A stretch of DNA of 64,000 nucleotides from an uncultured Chitinophagaceae bacterium (GCA_964571705.1 CAZNDJ010000003.1:6788-70787); one strand, 5' to 3'. Counted from the stretch's first letter, positions 9,162-19,438 are shown. Notes: generated by a model from the letters alone, not told the origin. Numbers and translations are program-made.

Positions 9162-10481
9162 TTATATATCCCTGCTCACATCCCACTTCTCCAGATAGTC
9201 TGCTACGCGGCGTACGAAAGAGCCACCCAGCGCACCATCTACGATACGGTGATCGTAAGAGTGGGAGAGGAACATCATGTGGCGGATACCTATCACATCA
9301 CCGTCTGGTGTCTCTATCACTACAGGCTTCTTCTTGATAGCGCCTACAGCGAGGATGGCGACCTGCGGCTGCATGATGATAGGTGTGCCCATGACATTGC
9401 CAAAGGTGCCCACATTGGACAGGGTGAAAGTGCCACCTTCTATCTCGTCCGGTTTCAGTTTATTGATACGGGCGCGATTGGCCAGGTCGTTTACCTTCTT
9501 GGCTATACCCACTATGTTGAGGAGGTCAGCGTTCTTGATCACTGGTACGATCAGATTGCCAGATGGCAGGGCGGCAGCCATACCTATGTTCAGGTCTTTC
9601 TTGACTACGATGTTATTGCCATCGATAGATGAATTGATCAGCGGGAAGTCACGCAGGGCTTTGGTCACCGCCTCTATGAAAATAGGAGTGAAGGTGAGGT
9701 TCTCACCATACATATCCTGAAACTTCTTCTTCATCTTATTGCGCCAGTTTACGATGTTGGTCACATCGGCCTCTACGAATGAGGTGACGTGTGCCGATGT
9801 AGACTTGGAGCGCACCATATTCTCAGCTATGAGGCGGCGCATACGGTCCATCTCCTGTATCTCTACATTGCCGGAGTAGGATTTGGCTGGGGCTACCGTC
9901 GCCTCTTGTTTTGGTGCTTCGGCCTGGGTCTGTGCCGGAGTCTGCTGCACGGTTTGCGCTGGCTGGGCCGGTGCATTGCCGCGATTTTCTACGTAGGAGA
10001 GGATGTCTTTCTTGGTCACGCGGCCACCAGCACCGGTGCCCGGCAGGGATTCGAGCTCTGCCATAGAGATGCCTTCCTGGCGGGCTATATTGAGCACCAG
10101 TGGTGAGTAGAACCGGTCACCACCTGCGGCGGCGCTATTGGTCTGCACAGGTTGTGTCTGTATTGGCTTGCTGACAGATGCAGTCGTCGTCGTTGCAGCC
10201 TTCTCTGTGACCACCGGTGCAGACGCCGAGGCTCCGCCACCGCCTGTCTCTATGACTGCTACGGCCTTGCCTACTGCTACGACATCACCTTCTTTGTAGA
10301 GCATTTTCACGAGTGTACCTGCTACGGGCGATGGTACTTCTGAGTCTACTTTATCAGTAGCGATCTCGAGGACAGCCTCGTCGGTTTTGATCGCATCGCC
10401 TTCTTTCTTAGTCCACTTCAGGATCGTAGCCTCGGTGATACTTTCGCCCATTTTGGGCATGATCAGCTCATAAGATGCCAT
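9162..10481 (-). CDS. Dihydrolipoamide acyltransferase, the E2 component of a 2-oxoacid dehydrogenase complex
   Basis: Three parts are recognisable: a lipoyl domain (EIATDKVDSEVPSP), an Ala/Pro/Gln-rich linker with an E3/E1-binding domain (SPLVLNIARQEGISMAELESLPGTGAGGRVTKKDI), and a catalytic domain with SHSYDHRIVDGA. Confidence 0.9.
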   Translation of the reverse strand: MASYELIMPKMGESITEATILKWTKKEGDAIKTDEAVLEIATDKVDSEVPSPVAGTLVKMLYKEGDVVAVGKAVAVIETGGGGASASAPVVTEKAATTTTASVSKPIQTQPVQTNSAAAGGDRFYSPLVLNIARQEGISMAELESLPGTGAGGRVTKKDILSYVENRGNAPAQPAQTVQQTPAQTQAEAPKQEATVAPAKSYSGNVEIQEMDRMRRLIAENMVRSKSTSAHVTSFVEADVTNIVNWRNKMKKKFQDMYGENLTFTPIFIEAVTKALRDFPLINSSIDGNNIVVKKDLNIGMAAALPSGNLIVPVIKNADLLNIVGIAKKVNDLANRARINKLKPDEIEGGTFTLSNVGTFGNVMGTPIIMQPQVAILAVGAIKKKPVVIETPDGDVIGIRHMMFLSHSYDHRIVDGALGGSFVRRVADYLEKWDVSRDI

Positions 10482-10576
10482 ATATGTAGTATGATTAGCG
10501 TTGTATTAATGGCGGTAAATATAGAAAAATCGGCGTGAGCCATAGCCCACGCCGATGCAATGTCATGATAACTGGC

Positions 10577-11047
10577 TTAGTCCAGCTTTTCTACAGCTTC
10601 TTTGATCGCATCAAAGTTGACCTGCACACCAGGGTTGGCAGTCTCCTCTGCATAAACTATGGTACCTTCTTTATCTATCACCGCAGCGCCGCGTTTGGCT
10701 ACTCCCTTCATGCCAAAGGCAAACTCAGGGATATACATATCGTAAGCCTGGATCACATCTTTATTGAAATCAGAAAGGAGATCAAAATTGTAGTTCTGCT
10801 GCTTTTTAAATTGCTCCAGCGTAAAGATGGTATCGATAGATACACCGAGTATCACTGCATTGTGGCCGGTGTAGTAGTCGAAGTTGTCGCGCATATTGCA
10901 CAGCTGCGCGGTGCATACGCCGGTAAAGGCCAGCGGGAAGAAATGGAGGATCACATTCTTGCCTTTGAGGTCAGCGAGGGCGATCTCTTTTTTCTCTGTA
11001 TTGAAGAGTTTGAAGTCAGGTGCTTTTTGTCCGGGAGTGAGTGCCAT
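10577..11047 (-). CDS. Peroxiredoxin (AhpC/TSA family)
   Basis: 156 aa. The sequence GQKAPDFKL...KNVILHFFPLAFTGVCTAQLC contains the peroxidatic Cys in the FTGVCT context. Confidence 0.85.
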   Translation of the reverse strand: MALTPGQKAPDFKLFNTEKKEIALADLKGKNVILHFFPLAFTGVCTAQLCNMRDNFDYYTGHNAVILGVSIDTIFTLEQFKKQQNYNFDLLSDFNKDVIQAYDMYIPEFAFGMKGVAKRGAAVIDKEGTIVYAEETANPGVQVNFDAIKEAVEKLD

Positions 11048-11314
11048 TGTTTAGTTGTTTAGAATGGCAATAATAGGCTTTAGCGAGGAGAAATATGGAT
11101 AATTTACCTTTGTTTAAATCAACATCCGCGGTTCCTGTTAGAATGCTTTTTATTTGATTATCAATATCATGCGAAATGATATCAAATGGTTAAATGTCAT
11201 GTAATTGTCAGAATCGTTAATAATGCGTTAAACCACATGGTTTTGCAACTGTGATGCCGATCTCGCACGTCTTATAGGCAGAGTTTAGTTTTAAGGGTTA
11301 AACTAGGTTTGGTG

Positions 11315-11348
11315 TCCCTCCGGTCAGAGCCGGGGGGATTTTTTGTTT
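11315..11348 (+). terminator. Intrinsic terminator-like hairpin with no upstream plus-strand CDS
   Basis: TCCCTCCGG (11315-11323) pairs with CCGGGGGGA (11330-11338), giving 9 bp with one G-U pair and a TCAGAG loop. TTTTTTGTTT follows. It sits 46 nt upstream of the lipoprotein start at 11394. Confidence 0.6.
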
Positions 11349-11393
11349 ATGCCCTGATAAAGTCTAATATTGGGCTTTATAACCACACACGAC

Positions 11394-12320
11394 ATGCGTA
11401 AAAGTATCATACTGGGCCTGGCACTGGCTGCTATCCTCATGGCTACATCCTGTACGAAGAACAACACCTCTTCAGGCCCCAAGCTTATATTCAAATATAA
11501 AATGGACTCTACCCAGGCCCGCCTGGATAATTTTGGCCAGGTAGCAGCTATGCCTGCCGGCCATGCGGGACAGAATCCGAGATTTAATGTAATGGGTGCG
11601 CACTACATAGAGCTGGCCCAGAATGCCTACACTGCACTGGGTGGCGGCGCTGTACTCTACAAGACGGCCACGACTACTGCCGGCGGTACGGAAGCTATTG
11701 ACTTTACCAAAGAGGCCAAAGGCAACACAGGTGATGTGATCTACTCCGTATCGCTGAAGGATGTAGCGCCCGGTACCTATCAGTACCTGCGTGTGTCACT
11801 GGCCTATCAGAATTATGACGTTACCTTCCGTGTCGACACTACGCTTACCTACGGGTCCTATCAGGTGCCAATACATCAGGACTTCCCATGTACCGTAGCG
11901 AGCTTTGTAGGGTATAATACCTTCCTGTCAAACTATACAATTAAAACACAAGCTGTCTCTGTCAATGCCAATAAGCTGCAAGGATACTGGGGGGCAGAGG
12001 AGAAAATAGACCTCTCTGCGTACAGCTACTCGCAGACCTTTACTCAGCAGGGACAAGCGCCGGCTACTACAGTGGTCAATCCGCTTTTTGCTACGTCACC
12101 TATCCCGGCAGGCTCATGCGTAGTGACGGCAGGATTCCAGCCGGGCAATCTGGTGATCACAGGCAATGAAACCGAAGATATAGTGGTGACGGTAGGTCTC
12201 TCTACCAATAAAAGCTTTGAATGGCAAGACCTGAACGGCAATGGCAAATGGGATGCCCTCAGCGGTGAGAATGTAGTGGACATGGGCGTGCGCGGTATGG
12301 TACCGACAGTCGGCCACTAA
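11394..12320 (+). CDS. Lipoprotein of unknown function
   Basis: I chose ATG 11394, giving MRKSIILGLALAAILMATSCTKNN, a signal peptide plus lipobox Cys. The track ORF begins at a TTG at 11370. I recognise no domain. Confidence 0.6.
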   Translation: MRKSIILGLALAAILMATSCTKNNTSSGPKLIFKYKMDSTQARLDNFGQVAAMPAGHAGQNPRFNVMGAHYIELAQNAYTALGGGAVLYKTATTTAGGTEAIDFTKEAKGNTGDVIYSVSLKDVAPGTYQYLRVSLAYQNYDVTFRVDTTLTYGSYQVPIHQDFPCTVASFVGYNTFLSNYTIKTQAVSVNANKLQGYWGAEEKIDLSAYSYSQTFTQQGQAPATTVVNPLFATSPIPAGSCVVTAGFQPGNLVITGNETEDIVVTVGLSTNKSFEWQDLNGNGKWDALSGENVVDMGVRGMVPTVGH

Positions 12321-12411
12321 TATAATCTACGGAATATTGCATGACAGATCTACGGAGTGCACAATGCATGCCATCCCAAAATGAATAGCAGATCTGTAAA
12401 TACTAAATGTC

Positions 12412-13368
12412 TTACGCCTCTACGAGATCTTTTGTGATCTCGGCTACAGGTTTGATCGCGCTCACATGCTCTATGGATTTGCCGGCACACCAGTATGACT
12501 GGTAGGTAGCGCTGAAAGCTGCTTTTTCCAGCGCTTTCATACCCTTGTAGAATGTAAGCATCTTGACATACTTCTTCAGGCTCTTATTGCGGGAGAGCAT
12601 CTTCTCCAGCCAGTTTTGATCCAGACCGAGTTGCTGTACGTATGGTGTATTGATCACGGTGCACGGTGTGCCTGAGAGTTTTGTAGTGCGTACGATATCC
12701 TTTTCTCCGTATTCTACTATAGCATTCTTGTATTCATTGGATACAGGAGCCTCCAGAGAGGCTATGAACGGGCTACCTACAGATACACCAGCCGCGCCAA
12801 GAGCGAGCATGCGATCCAGACCCTTGCGATTGCCCACGCCGCCAGCAGAGATCACCGGTATCGTGCAGGCTTTGACCAGCAGAGGGAGCAGCTGCTCAGG
12901 GCTCATATCGCCTGCGTGGCCACCTGCTTCATTATTTACCGCTATCACTGCGTCTGCGCCCAGTTCTTCTACCTTTTTGGCGTAGGCTACATCCACTACA
13001 TCACAGAATACCTTTATGCCATGTGGCTTGCAGGCCTCTATGGTGCGCTGCGGGCTACCGAGCGAGGTGATGATGAAAGGTACCTTGTAGTCCATGCAGG
13101 TTTTAAGCTGCTCTTCAAAGCGGATATTAGATTTATTGACGATGAGATTGATGCCGTAGGCGCGGTCACCTACACCAGCTTTGATCTCATCCAGCGCCTT
13201 GCGAAAGTCTGCATCCGTACGGTAGTTGAGCGCCGGTACTGAGCCGGCTATACCGGAGCGGCAGGCCTCTACGACCATTCTGGCATTAGACACCAGAAAC
13301 ATAGGTGCCATGATAATAGGATAGTCCAGATTGAGCATCCGGGTCAGCGCTGTATCGATCTTTTGCAT
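12412..13368 (-). CDS. NAD(P)H-dependent flavin oxidoreductase (nitronate monooxygenase / FabK-like)
   Basis: With the start at ATG 13368 the protein begins MQKIDTALTRMLNLDYPIIMAPM, the canonical NMO N-terminus. The GGHAG and ISAGGVG FMN-binding motifs are present. Confidence 0.8.
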   Translation of the reverse strand: MQKIDTALTRMLNLDYPIIMAPMFLVSNARMVVEACRSGIAGSVPALNYRTDADFRKALDEIKAGVGDRAYGINLIVNKSNIRFEEQLKTCMDYKVPFIITSLGSPQRTIEACKPHGIKVFCDVVDVAYAKKVEELGADAVIAVNNEAGGHAGDMSPEQLLPLLVKACTIPVISAGGVGNRKGLDRMLALGAAGVSVGSPFIASLEAPVSNEYKNAIVEYGEKDIVRTTKLSGTPCTVINTPYVQQLGLDQNWLEKMLSRNKSLKKYVKMLTFYKGMKALEKAAFSATYQSYWCAGKSIEHVSAIKPVAEITKDLVEA

Positions 13369-13442
13369 AGACCGAAAATATAAGATAAGCTGTAAAGTGC
13401 CAAAGGGATATAAGCCAACGACGGGTATCAAAGGCCGTCCGC

Positions 13443-14132
13443 CTAGTCTAACAACTGTGGACCCACGTCAGGTCCGCCCAGGGTAGCCGGCGCCGTGATA
13501 GTGCGCAGATGCGGTATGCCGGAGGTGCCGAGAGAATCTGCGAAAGGATCGATCAGGAACTTGCGGCTATCACGCGGGGCGTAGTGCAGCAGGCCGGCAG
13601 CAGGATAAACCACCAGAGATGTCCCGATCACGATGAAGATGTCTGCCTGCGCGGCTATCTCCTGCGCTACGGCTATCATAGGCACCATCTCTCCAAACCA
13701 AACAATGTGAGGTCGCAGCTGCGAACCCCGCTCGCATTTGTCTCCGATATTCAGGTCACCTTTCCAATCATATATTAGCGACTCGTCCAGTGAGCTGCGC
13801 ACCTTGAATAACTCCCCGTGCAGATGGATGATATGCGAGGAGCCCGCGCGCTCATGCAGGTCATCCACATTCTGGGTGATGATGGTCACATCATAGCGCT
13901 GCTCCAGGTCTACCAGCGCTTTGTGGCCTTCATTGGGGGCTACCTCATGGAGCTGTCTGCGGCGCTTGTTGTAGAAATCCAGTACCAGGTCGCGGTTTCG
14001 GCGCCAGCCCTCAGGTGAGGCTACGTCTTCTATGCGATGCCCCTCCCACAGGCCATCCTGCCCCCGGAAGGTCTGGATACCACTCTCTGCACTGATACCA
14101 GCACCGGTCAGGATTGCTACTTTCTGCTTCAT
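13443..14132 (-). CDS. cobB: NAD-dependent protein deacylase, Sir2 family
   Basis: The motifs [29 protein letters not shown] and [13 protein letters not shown] are all present. Confidence 0.9.
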   Translation of the reverse strand: MKQKVAILTGAGISAESGIQTFRGQDGLWEGHRIEDVASPEGWRRNRDLVLDFYNKRRRQLHEVAPNEGHKALVDLEQRYDVTIITQNVDDLHERAGSSHIIHLHGELFKVRSSLDESLIYDWKGDLNIGDKCERGSQLRPHIVWFGEMVPMIAVAQEIAAQADIFIVIGTSLVVYPAAGLLHYAPRDSRKFLIDPFADSLGTSGIPHLRTITAPATLGGPDVGPQLLD

Positions 14133-14289
14133 AGGGCCAAAGTAGCCGAAATGGACGAATAGCTGATGCTCCCTGGCAGATTTGCACGCAGAATAGGTGC
14201 CGATGACCGATTATAATGCGTAACTCGTTAAGAAATCAGGTAAAGGGGTGTTAAATTAATGTGATTATCATAGATTCGCGGGCTAAACG

Positions 14290-15669
14290 ATGGCGTCCCG
14301 TCCTAAAAATATCATCCTGCTGGTCTCTGACAGCCTTCGCTACGATAATGTCTATCGTGATGGCGAGGCCGGAGTGAAATACATGCAGGAGAACGGCATA
14401 CAGTTTTCAAATGCCCGCTCTGCTGCTTGCTGGACTTTGCCTGCTACCTCTAGTCTTTTCTCGGGTATGATGCCGCATGAGCATGGTACTAATACGCACT
14501 CCCGCAGGTTTCGCGATGAGATCCCTTCATTGGCGGGCAGGCTCAAGGGACAAGGCTACAAGCCTATCATGGTCACTGCTAACAGTGTGACGACGGAGGT
14601 TTTTAATCTCTCGAAGGACTTTGACGAACTGTATAAGATATGGAACTATGTAGATAGCCGCCATCCTATGCTGCTGCGCCTGGTACTGATGCTCAACAGG
14701 CCGCGTATCCGCCGTATGGTCATGAAGCCGAATGATGAGATATTCAGCGAGCTGTCTGAGGACCTCTCACAGGGCTTGGTATGGGCGCAGAAGACCTGCA
14801 CAGACCTCTTTGCCAAAACCAAAGAGCTGATGAAGGCCAATAACGAGAAGGGCCAGAGCAATTTCTTTTTCTTAAACATGATGGAGACGCACTATCCCTA
14901 TCATGTGAATGATACGTTTGAGCTGCTGAGCAAATCTATCTATGGCAAGGGACGTGAGTGGTACACGCTCTATCACCTGCTCTCGCAGACCTTTATGAAA
15001 ACGGGCAAGCAGACGATAGCCGATGATATGCTGGCACTCTTCAAAGAGCGTCAGAGGCAGGCATGGCTGCTGGTGCGCAAGCATGTAGATGAATTCATCG
15101 AGGAGATACACCGCGACCAGGATAATCTGATCGTCTTCTGCTCCGATCACGGAGAGAACTTTGGCGATCAGGGCTGGCAGTATCATTTCAATAATGTGAC
15201 GGATGCTGGCAACCGCGTACCGCTTTTCTGGATGGGACACGACCATCCCGGAGGCCAGACACTCCGGCATAATGTGAGCTCGCGATTTATCTACCAGTCT
15301 ATACTAGAGGCTGCAGGCTGTGAGAAGCAGAATGGCAACCTCTTTGAGGAAACACCTGTCACCATGCCGATGCTGCAGAGCTATTGGTACAATAATGACG
15401 GGCAGACCATGGATCAGTACAAATACAATCAGTTTTGCTTCATAGATGGCAATGACCGCTATGTGCTGCGTGGAGACAAGTGGATGTATGCTCCTGTGGC
15501 CACAGATGGTATAGAGCCTACGTTCAACTTTATCGGTGCCGGTGTGGACCCGATACAAGAGCTCAAACTGGGTGGCGAGAAGAAGATCCACTTGGAAAAT
15601 ACGATCAAGGACTTCCGGTCTTTCTCAGACATGATCATGCAGAAGAGCCTGCACAAATACAAAAAATAA
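14290..15669 (+). CDS. Sulfatase-like hydrolase/transferase (alkaline phosphatase superfamily), non-FGly type
   Basis: It has an NIILLVSDSLRYD metal-binding start. Where the sulfatase CxPxR signature is expected, the sequence reads TLPAT (ACWTLPATSSLFSGMMPHEHG). A CSDHGENFG motif lies near the C-terminus. No signal peptide is present. Confidence 0.7.
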   Translation: MASRPKNIILLVSDSLRYDNVYRDGEAGVKYMQENGIQFSNARSAACWTLPATSSLFSGMMPHEHGTNTHSRRFRDEIPSLAGRLKGQGYKPIMVTANSVTTEVFNLSKDFDELYKIWNYVDSRHPMLLRLVLMLNRPRIRRMVMKPNDEIFSELSEDLSQGLVWAQKTCTDLFAKTKELMKANNEKGQSNFFFLNMMETHYPYHVNDTFELLSKSIYGKGREWYTLYHLLSQTFMKTGKQTIADDMLALFKERQRQAWLLVRKHVDEFIEEIHRDQDNLIVFCSDHGENFGDQGWQYHFNNVTDAGNRVPLFWMGHDHPGGQTLRHNVSSRFIYQSILEAAGCEKQNGNLFEETPVTMPMLQSYWYNNDGQTMDQYKYNQFCFIDGNDRYVLRGDKWMYAPVATDGIEPTFNFIGAGVDPIQELKLGGEKKIHLENTIKDFRSFSDMIMQKSLHKYKK

Positions 15670-15676
15670 TATAGGA

Positions 15677-16252
15677 TCAGGCTTTTGGGCCCTTGTAGTA
15701 GCAGCTACGGCAGCGTGGCTCGTAGCTATCCTTTTCGCCGAGGAGTACCTTGGATGTATCTGCCACTGTACGATAGGAGAAGTGGGCTATCTCTCCGCAC
15801 TTGACACAGATCGCATGCACCTTGGTGATATAGTCTGCTATGCTGAGCAGGGCCGGCATGGGGCCGAAAGGTTTGCCCTCAAAATCCATATCCAGGCCGG
15901 CTATGATCACGCGGGTACCTCCCTGCGCTAGTTTCTCACATACAGCTGGCAGCTCTGCATCCATAAACTGGGCTTCATCTATACCTACCACATCTATATT
16001 GGTAGACATCAGCAGGATATTGTCAGAGTGAGTGACAGGCGTAGAGCGGATCTTATTGGCATCGTGGCTCACTACCATGATATCGTCATAGCGTACATCT
16101 ATGGCAGGCTTGAATATCTCAACAGACTGATTGGCTATCTGGGCGCGCTTCATCCGGCGGATCAGCTCCTCCGTCTTGCCGCTAAACATAGAGCCGCACA
16201 CGACCTCTATCCATCCTTTCCCGTTACCGTTTTTGCCCGGCTCTATGAACAT
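15677..16252 (-). CDS. tdk: Thymidine kinase
   Basis: It carries the P-loop [14 protein letters not shown], a VVGIDEAQF motif and a C-terminal zinc ribbon (CVKCG...CRSC). Confidence 0.95.
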   Translation of the reverse strand: MFIEPGKNGNGKGWIEVVCGSMFSGKTEELIRRMKRAQIANQSVEIFKPAIDVRYDDIMVVSHDANKIRSTPVTHSDNILLMSTNIDVVGIDEAQFMDAELPAVCEKLAQGGTRVIIAGLDMDFEGKPFGPMPALLSIADYITKVHAICVKCGEIAHFSYRTVADTSKVLLGEKDSYEPRCRSCYYKGPKA

Positions 16253-16348
16253 TTTCTAATAATTTGCACAGTAGATACTAAAAGGTGAAGATATTCATTT
16301 TAGTGTATAGAGCAACAGACGTAGCTTTGTACAAATAATACCAAAGAA

Positions 16349-17092
16349 ATGGATATCAGGACACTAGCCGACCGCATCCGCGAATACTCAAAACAGCTAT
16401 CTGAAGGTACACTCAGTGAGCTAGAGCGGGATATCCTGCTGTCTGACCTGCGTGAGCTATACATCCTGGCCAAAGGTGAAGTGGCAAGCACTAAAACCAC
16501 AGTGCGCGAAGCGATCACTGTATCCATACCTGTAGTACCGGCAGAGGAAAAACAAATGGTAGTAGAAAAACCGGAGCCTGTGGCAGAGATTCCTGCGAGG
16601 CCGGTCATCGAGTTTATAAAGGAAGAACGAGTCATAGAAGAGCTTCAGCAAGCCCCGAAGGTAGAAGTGGAAACTCCTGTAAAGAAGGCCGAAGAACCAA
16701 TCCAGCTGGAGACGCGCCGTATCCACTACCACGAGGGCTCACCTGTGCGCGGGCCGAAGCCTAGCTCTCTCAATGAGGTATTCACAGGGGAGGAGCGCTC
16801 TCTGAATGCTATGGCGGGTGGTGACAAGAAGCGCGCACTAAATGACCGCATAGCCGGTACAGATCTGAATAGCCTGCTAGACCTGAACAGGAAGCATGTA
16901 CTGACCAATGAACTCTTTGGCGGCGATAGCCTGGCATTTCAGACGGCGATCCGGAGGATCAATGAGAGTCCTACTATCGAGGCGGCTTTCGAATACATCA
17001 AAACTGACCTGCTGCCAAAGTATCAATGGAAGGGAGATATGCAGTCTGCCAAGCTTTTCGATAAGCTAGTCAGGCAAAAGTTTGGTCTGTAA
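16349..17092 (+). CDS. Hypothetical protein with a Glu/Pro/Val-rich central linker
   Basis: 247-aa ORF with coherent coding potential and no recognised motif. The antisense ORFs in the track are lower-complexity shadows. Confidence 0.5.
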   Translation: MDIRTLADRIREYSKQLSEGTLSELERDILLSDLRELYILAKGEVASTKTTVREAITVSIPVVPAEEKQMVVEKPEPVAEIPARPVIEFIKEERVIEELQQAPKVEVETPVKKAEEPIQLETRRIHYHEGSPVRGPKPSSLNEVFTGEERSLNAMAGGDKKRALNDRIAGTDLNSLLDLNRKHVLTNELFGGDSLAFQTAIRRINESPTIEAAFEYIKTDLLPKYQWKGDMQSAKLFDKLVRQKFGL

Positions 17093-17197
17093 GGGTTCAT
17101 AGGAATTATATAAGAAGGGCTGCCAGAGATGGGAGCCTTGCTTATTTGTATCAGTAGAGTCGTGAGACCCCAAGTTTAGAAATACTATAAAACATGA

Positions 17198-17223
17198 AAA
17201 GATCGGCCTTTCGACCGATCTTT
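17198..17223. terminator. Hairpin between convergent genes, possibly a bidirectional terminator
   Basis: AAAGATCGG (17198-17206) pairs with CCGATCTTT (17215-17223). On the minus strand it is followed by TTTTCATGTTTT. It lies roughly 90-105 nt beyond both flanking stop codons. Confidence 0.5.
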
Positions 17224-17312
17224 CATTATTAAAACCCGAACCCTTATTCCTAGTCTGATAGCTGCTTTAGCCCGCTTACCAGTTTGCCCGAGGCAAGTAG
17301 TCCGTTTCTTAT

Positions 17313-17915
17313 TTACTTTTCGTCATCACCGAGGTCAGCTGCTGCTGCGCCATTCTCAGATGGGTTAGCGTAGATCTTTACGTCAGAGCCAAACTTAGCG
17401 TCGCCAGTAGAGATCACAGAGCCGTTTGCGAAGTAGGTACCTTTGTTGCCAGTTACATTGCCACCAAAGTTGAGGATGTTTGTGCCGGCTACCATGTTAG
17501 AGTTGTTAGCCAGAGTGCCTTTATTTTCCAGTTCATTCATAGACTCGAGCATAGAGTTGTTTGCTATAGAGCCTTCGTTTACTATTCTCTTTACTGTCAG
17601 GTTGCCGTTGTTTACCACGTGGCCTGTAGCTGCTACGAAGAGGTTCTTATTGCTCATCATAGTCTTACCTTTTTCGATAGTGAGCTTACCTTTGATGGTC
17701 ACATCTGTGTTCATGGTGATGTGATTCTTTACGATCACTTCATCATCGGCTTTAATCTCGTTGCCTGGAGCACCGTTTTCCCAGGTAGCTGCATCAGTCC
17801 ATCTGCCGGAGTTGATCGCTACATATGTTTTAGCGGAAGCTGTGACGTTTATGAGAAAGAAAACTGCTGCAAGGGTGATCAGGTTTTTCAGGGTGTTAGT
17901 GTTGATCTGTTTCAT
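17313..17915 (-). CDS. Secreted Asn/Gly-rich repeat protein, probably beta-helical, function unknown
   Basis: 200 aa. An N-terminal hydrophobic signal (LITLAAVFFLINVTASA) is followed by irregular N.G..(V/I).N repeats and an acidic tail. Confidence 0.55.
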   Translation of the reverse strand: MKQINTNTLKNLITLAAVFFLINVTASAKTYVAINSGRWTDAATWENGAPGNEIKADDEVIVKNHITMNTDVTIKGKLTIEKGKTMMSNKNLFVAATGHVVNNGNLTVKRIVNEGSIANNSMLESMNELENKGTLANNSNMVAGTNILNFGGNVTGNKGTYFANGSVISTGDAKFGSDVKIYANPSENGAAAADLGDDEK

Positions 17916-18024
17916 TTTGCAAGCGTTTTATGCTTTCTTTTACGGTACTCACCAGAAATGGTTACACCTGATCGAAAAAAAATGAAAAAAATCTGCAGAA
18001 ATGGGCAGAAAAGGAGGCGCGCAA

Positions 18025-19365
18025 TCAGAATCTGAGAGACAATGTGTATGATATACAGGTGATTATGCTGTAAATAATAAAGGGGGTGATCTGGAGATAC
18101 CGGGTCAAAGTAATACCATGTCTAATATACAGTATGGTACCCATGAGTATCCTTTCTACTATAAATGCTACAACAGTACCATAGGCCACCCCTACGAGGC
18201 CGAAGCGCTGCGCGAGGAGGATACTAGCTACTATATTGACCAGCATCTCTGCTATAGCGCAATATAGTATGATACGGTTTTCACGCAGTGCAGTCAGGAC
18301 GGTCTGGGGAAACACCAGCCTCGGGATCGTGAGTAGCATCATAGCGGCAAAGATATGGCCGCTCATGGCAAACTGCGGGGAGAAAAACAGGGAGAATAGC
18401 CAGCGCCCGCATAACATAGAAACTATGGCTATCGGGAAAAAGATATGCATGTAGCGTAGGGATTCCCTCCTGATAGCATCCAGGCCAGAGTGCAGGTCTG
18501 CTGATACGCGGGGTATCATACTCATGCTGAGCGTAGCTCCCAGTATGGTGAAAAGGGGAAACTCACGAGAGCCATACCGGAAGACACTAAAGTCTGCCAT
18601 GGAGAAATAATGCTTCACCACACTGCCATCTATATATTCTGCAGAGCCGTTTACAAAAAAACTGAGCATGAGCGGGAGGGAGGCTACAAACAGCTCCTGT
18701 ACCCGCGCTCTCTCATAGCGCGTAATGGTATGCCGGCGCAGGAGAAAGACCACGTAGAGGAACTTTATGATCGACACTGCTATCAGTCCATATATAGATA
18801 GCTGTATATCACCATATATATAGACAGGGACGACACACAGTGCAAACTGGATCAGCGCCATGCTGATGCCATAGACAATGAGCTGCCGCCTGCGATCTGA
18901 CAGAAATAGGATGTACTCTATGACATATGCGGCATTATTAAACAAGAGATAAGCGAGGCCAAAGATGGTGCCGCCTGTAGCCAGCTGCACAGCCCCGGCC
19001 ACGACACTGAGCATCACTATCAGGCTAAAGGTGGCAAAGAGCAGTTTTCTTTTGCCCTCCGGGGTATGACCAGGATAGATGGCGAGCATAGAGTTCATGA
19101 GCCCGGCTATCCAGAAGAAGCTGAACAGTCCCATCAGCCATAGGAATGACTCAAACTGTCCTATCTTTTCTTTGGGGATTCCCAGCTTGGCAAAGGTGAT
19201 GCCGATAAGGACAAAGCCGGAGTACCTGGTCAGCTGAAATAGCTGCAGGCTGGATAGGGTAGAAGGGCGTAAAAGGGCTTTCAGTTTGTCTATCAAATGC
19301 CGGGACAATTGTGCTGCAAAGTCGTTAAAAATCCATGAATAGGCAATATACATGCGATAACGCAT
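18025..19365 (-). CDS. Polytopic membrane protein, oligosaccharide/polysaccharide flippase-like (Wzx/MOP superfamily)
   Basis: 446 aa with about 12-14 predicted TM helices. The length and hydrophobic pattern are typical of MOP flippases. No diagnostic motif is present, so the call is tentative. Confidence 0.5.
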   Translation of the reverse strand: MRYRMYIAYSWIFNDFAAQLSRHLIDKLKALLRPSTLSSLQLFQLTRYSGFVLIGITFAKLGIPKEKIGQFESFLWLMGLFSFFWIAGLMNSMLAIYPGHTPEGKRKLLFATFSLIVMLSVVAGAVQLATGGTIFGLAYLLFNNAAYVIEYILFLSDRRRQLIVYGISMALIQFALCVVPVYIYGDIQLSIYGLIAVSIIKFLYVVFLLRRHTITRYERARVQELFVASLPLMLSFFVNGSAEYIDGSVVKHYFSMADFSVFRYGSREFPLFTILGATLSMSMIPRVSADLHSGLDAIRRESLRYMHIFFPIAIVSMLCGRWLFSLFFSPQFAMSGHIFAAMMLLTIPRLVFPQTVLTALRENRIILYCAIAEMLVNIVASILLAQRFGLVGVAYGTVVAFIVERILMGTILYIRHGITLTRYLQITPFIIYSIITCISYTLSLRF

Positions 19366-19438
19366 ATCCGCCTATGATATTACTGGCTTGATTATTGACG
19401 AGGATGCTTACTTTCGTACGTACAAAAAGGATAATCAA

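Noticed and set aside
12321-12411. A short direct repeat (atctacgga ... atctacgga, and cagatct twice) in the gap between two convergent genes.
   Set aside because: Only 8-9 nt are repeated and there is no hairpin or T-run. This is insufficient to call a regulatory element or terminator.
17201-17213. A 13-nt string, gatcggcctttcg, shared between the hairpin at 17201 and the giant-gene leader at about 20488.
   Set aside because: In a 64-kb window, tens of 13-mer coincidences are expected by chance. The flanks do not extend the match.
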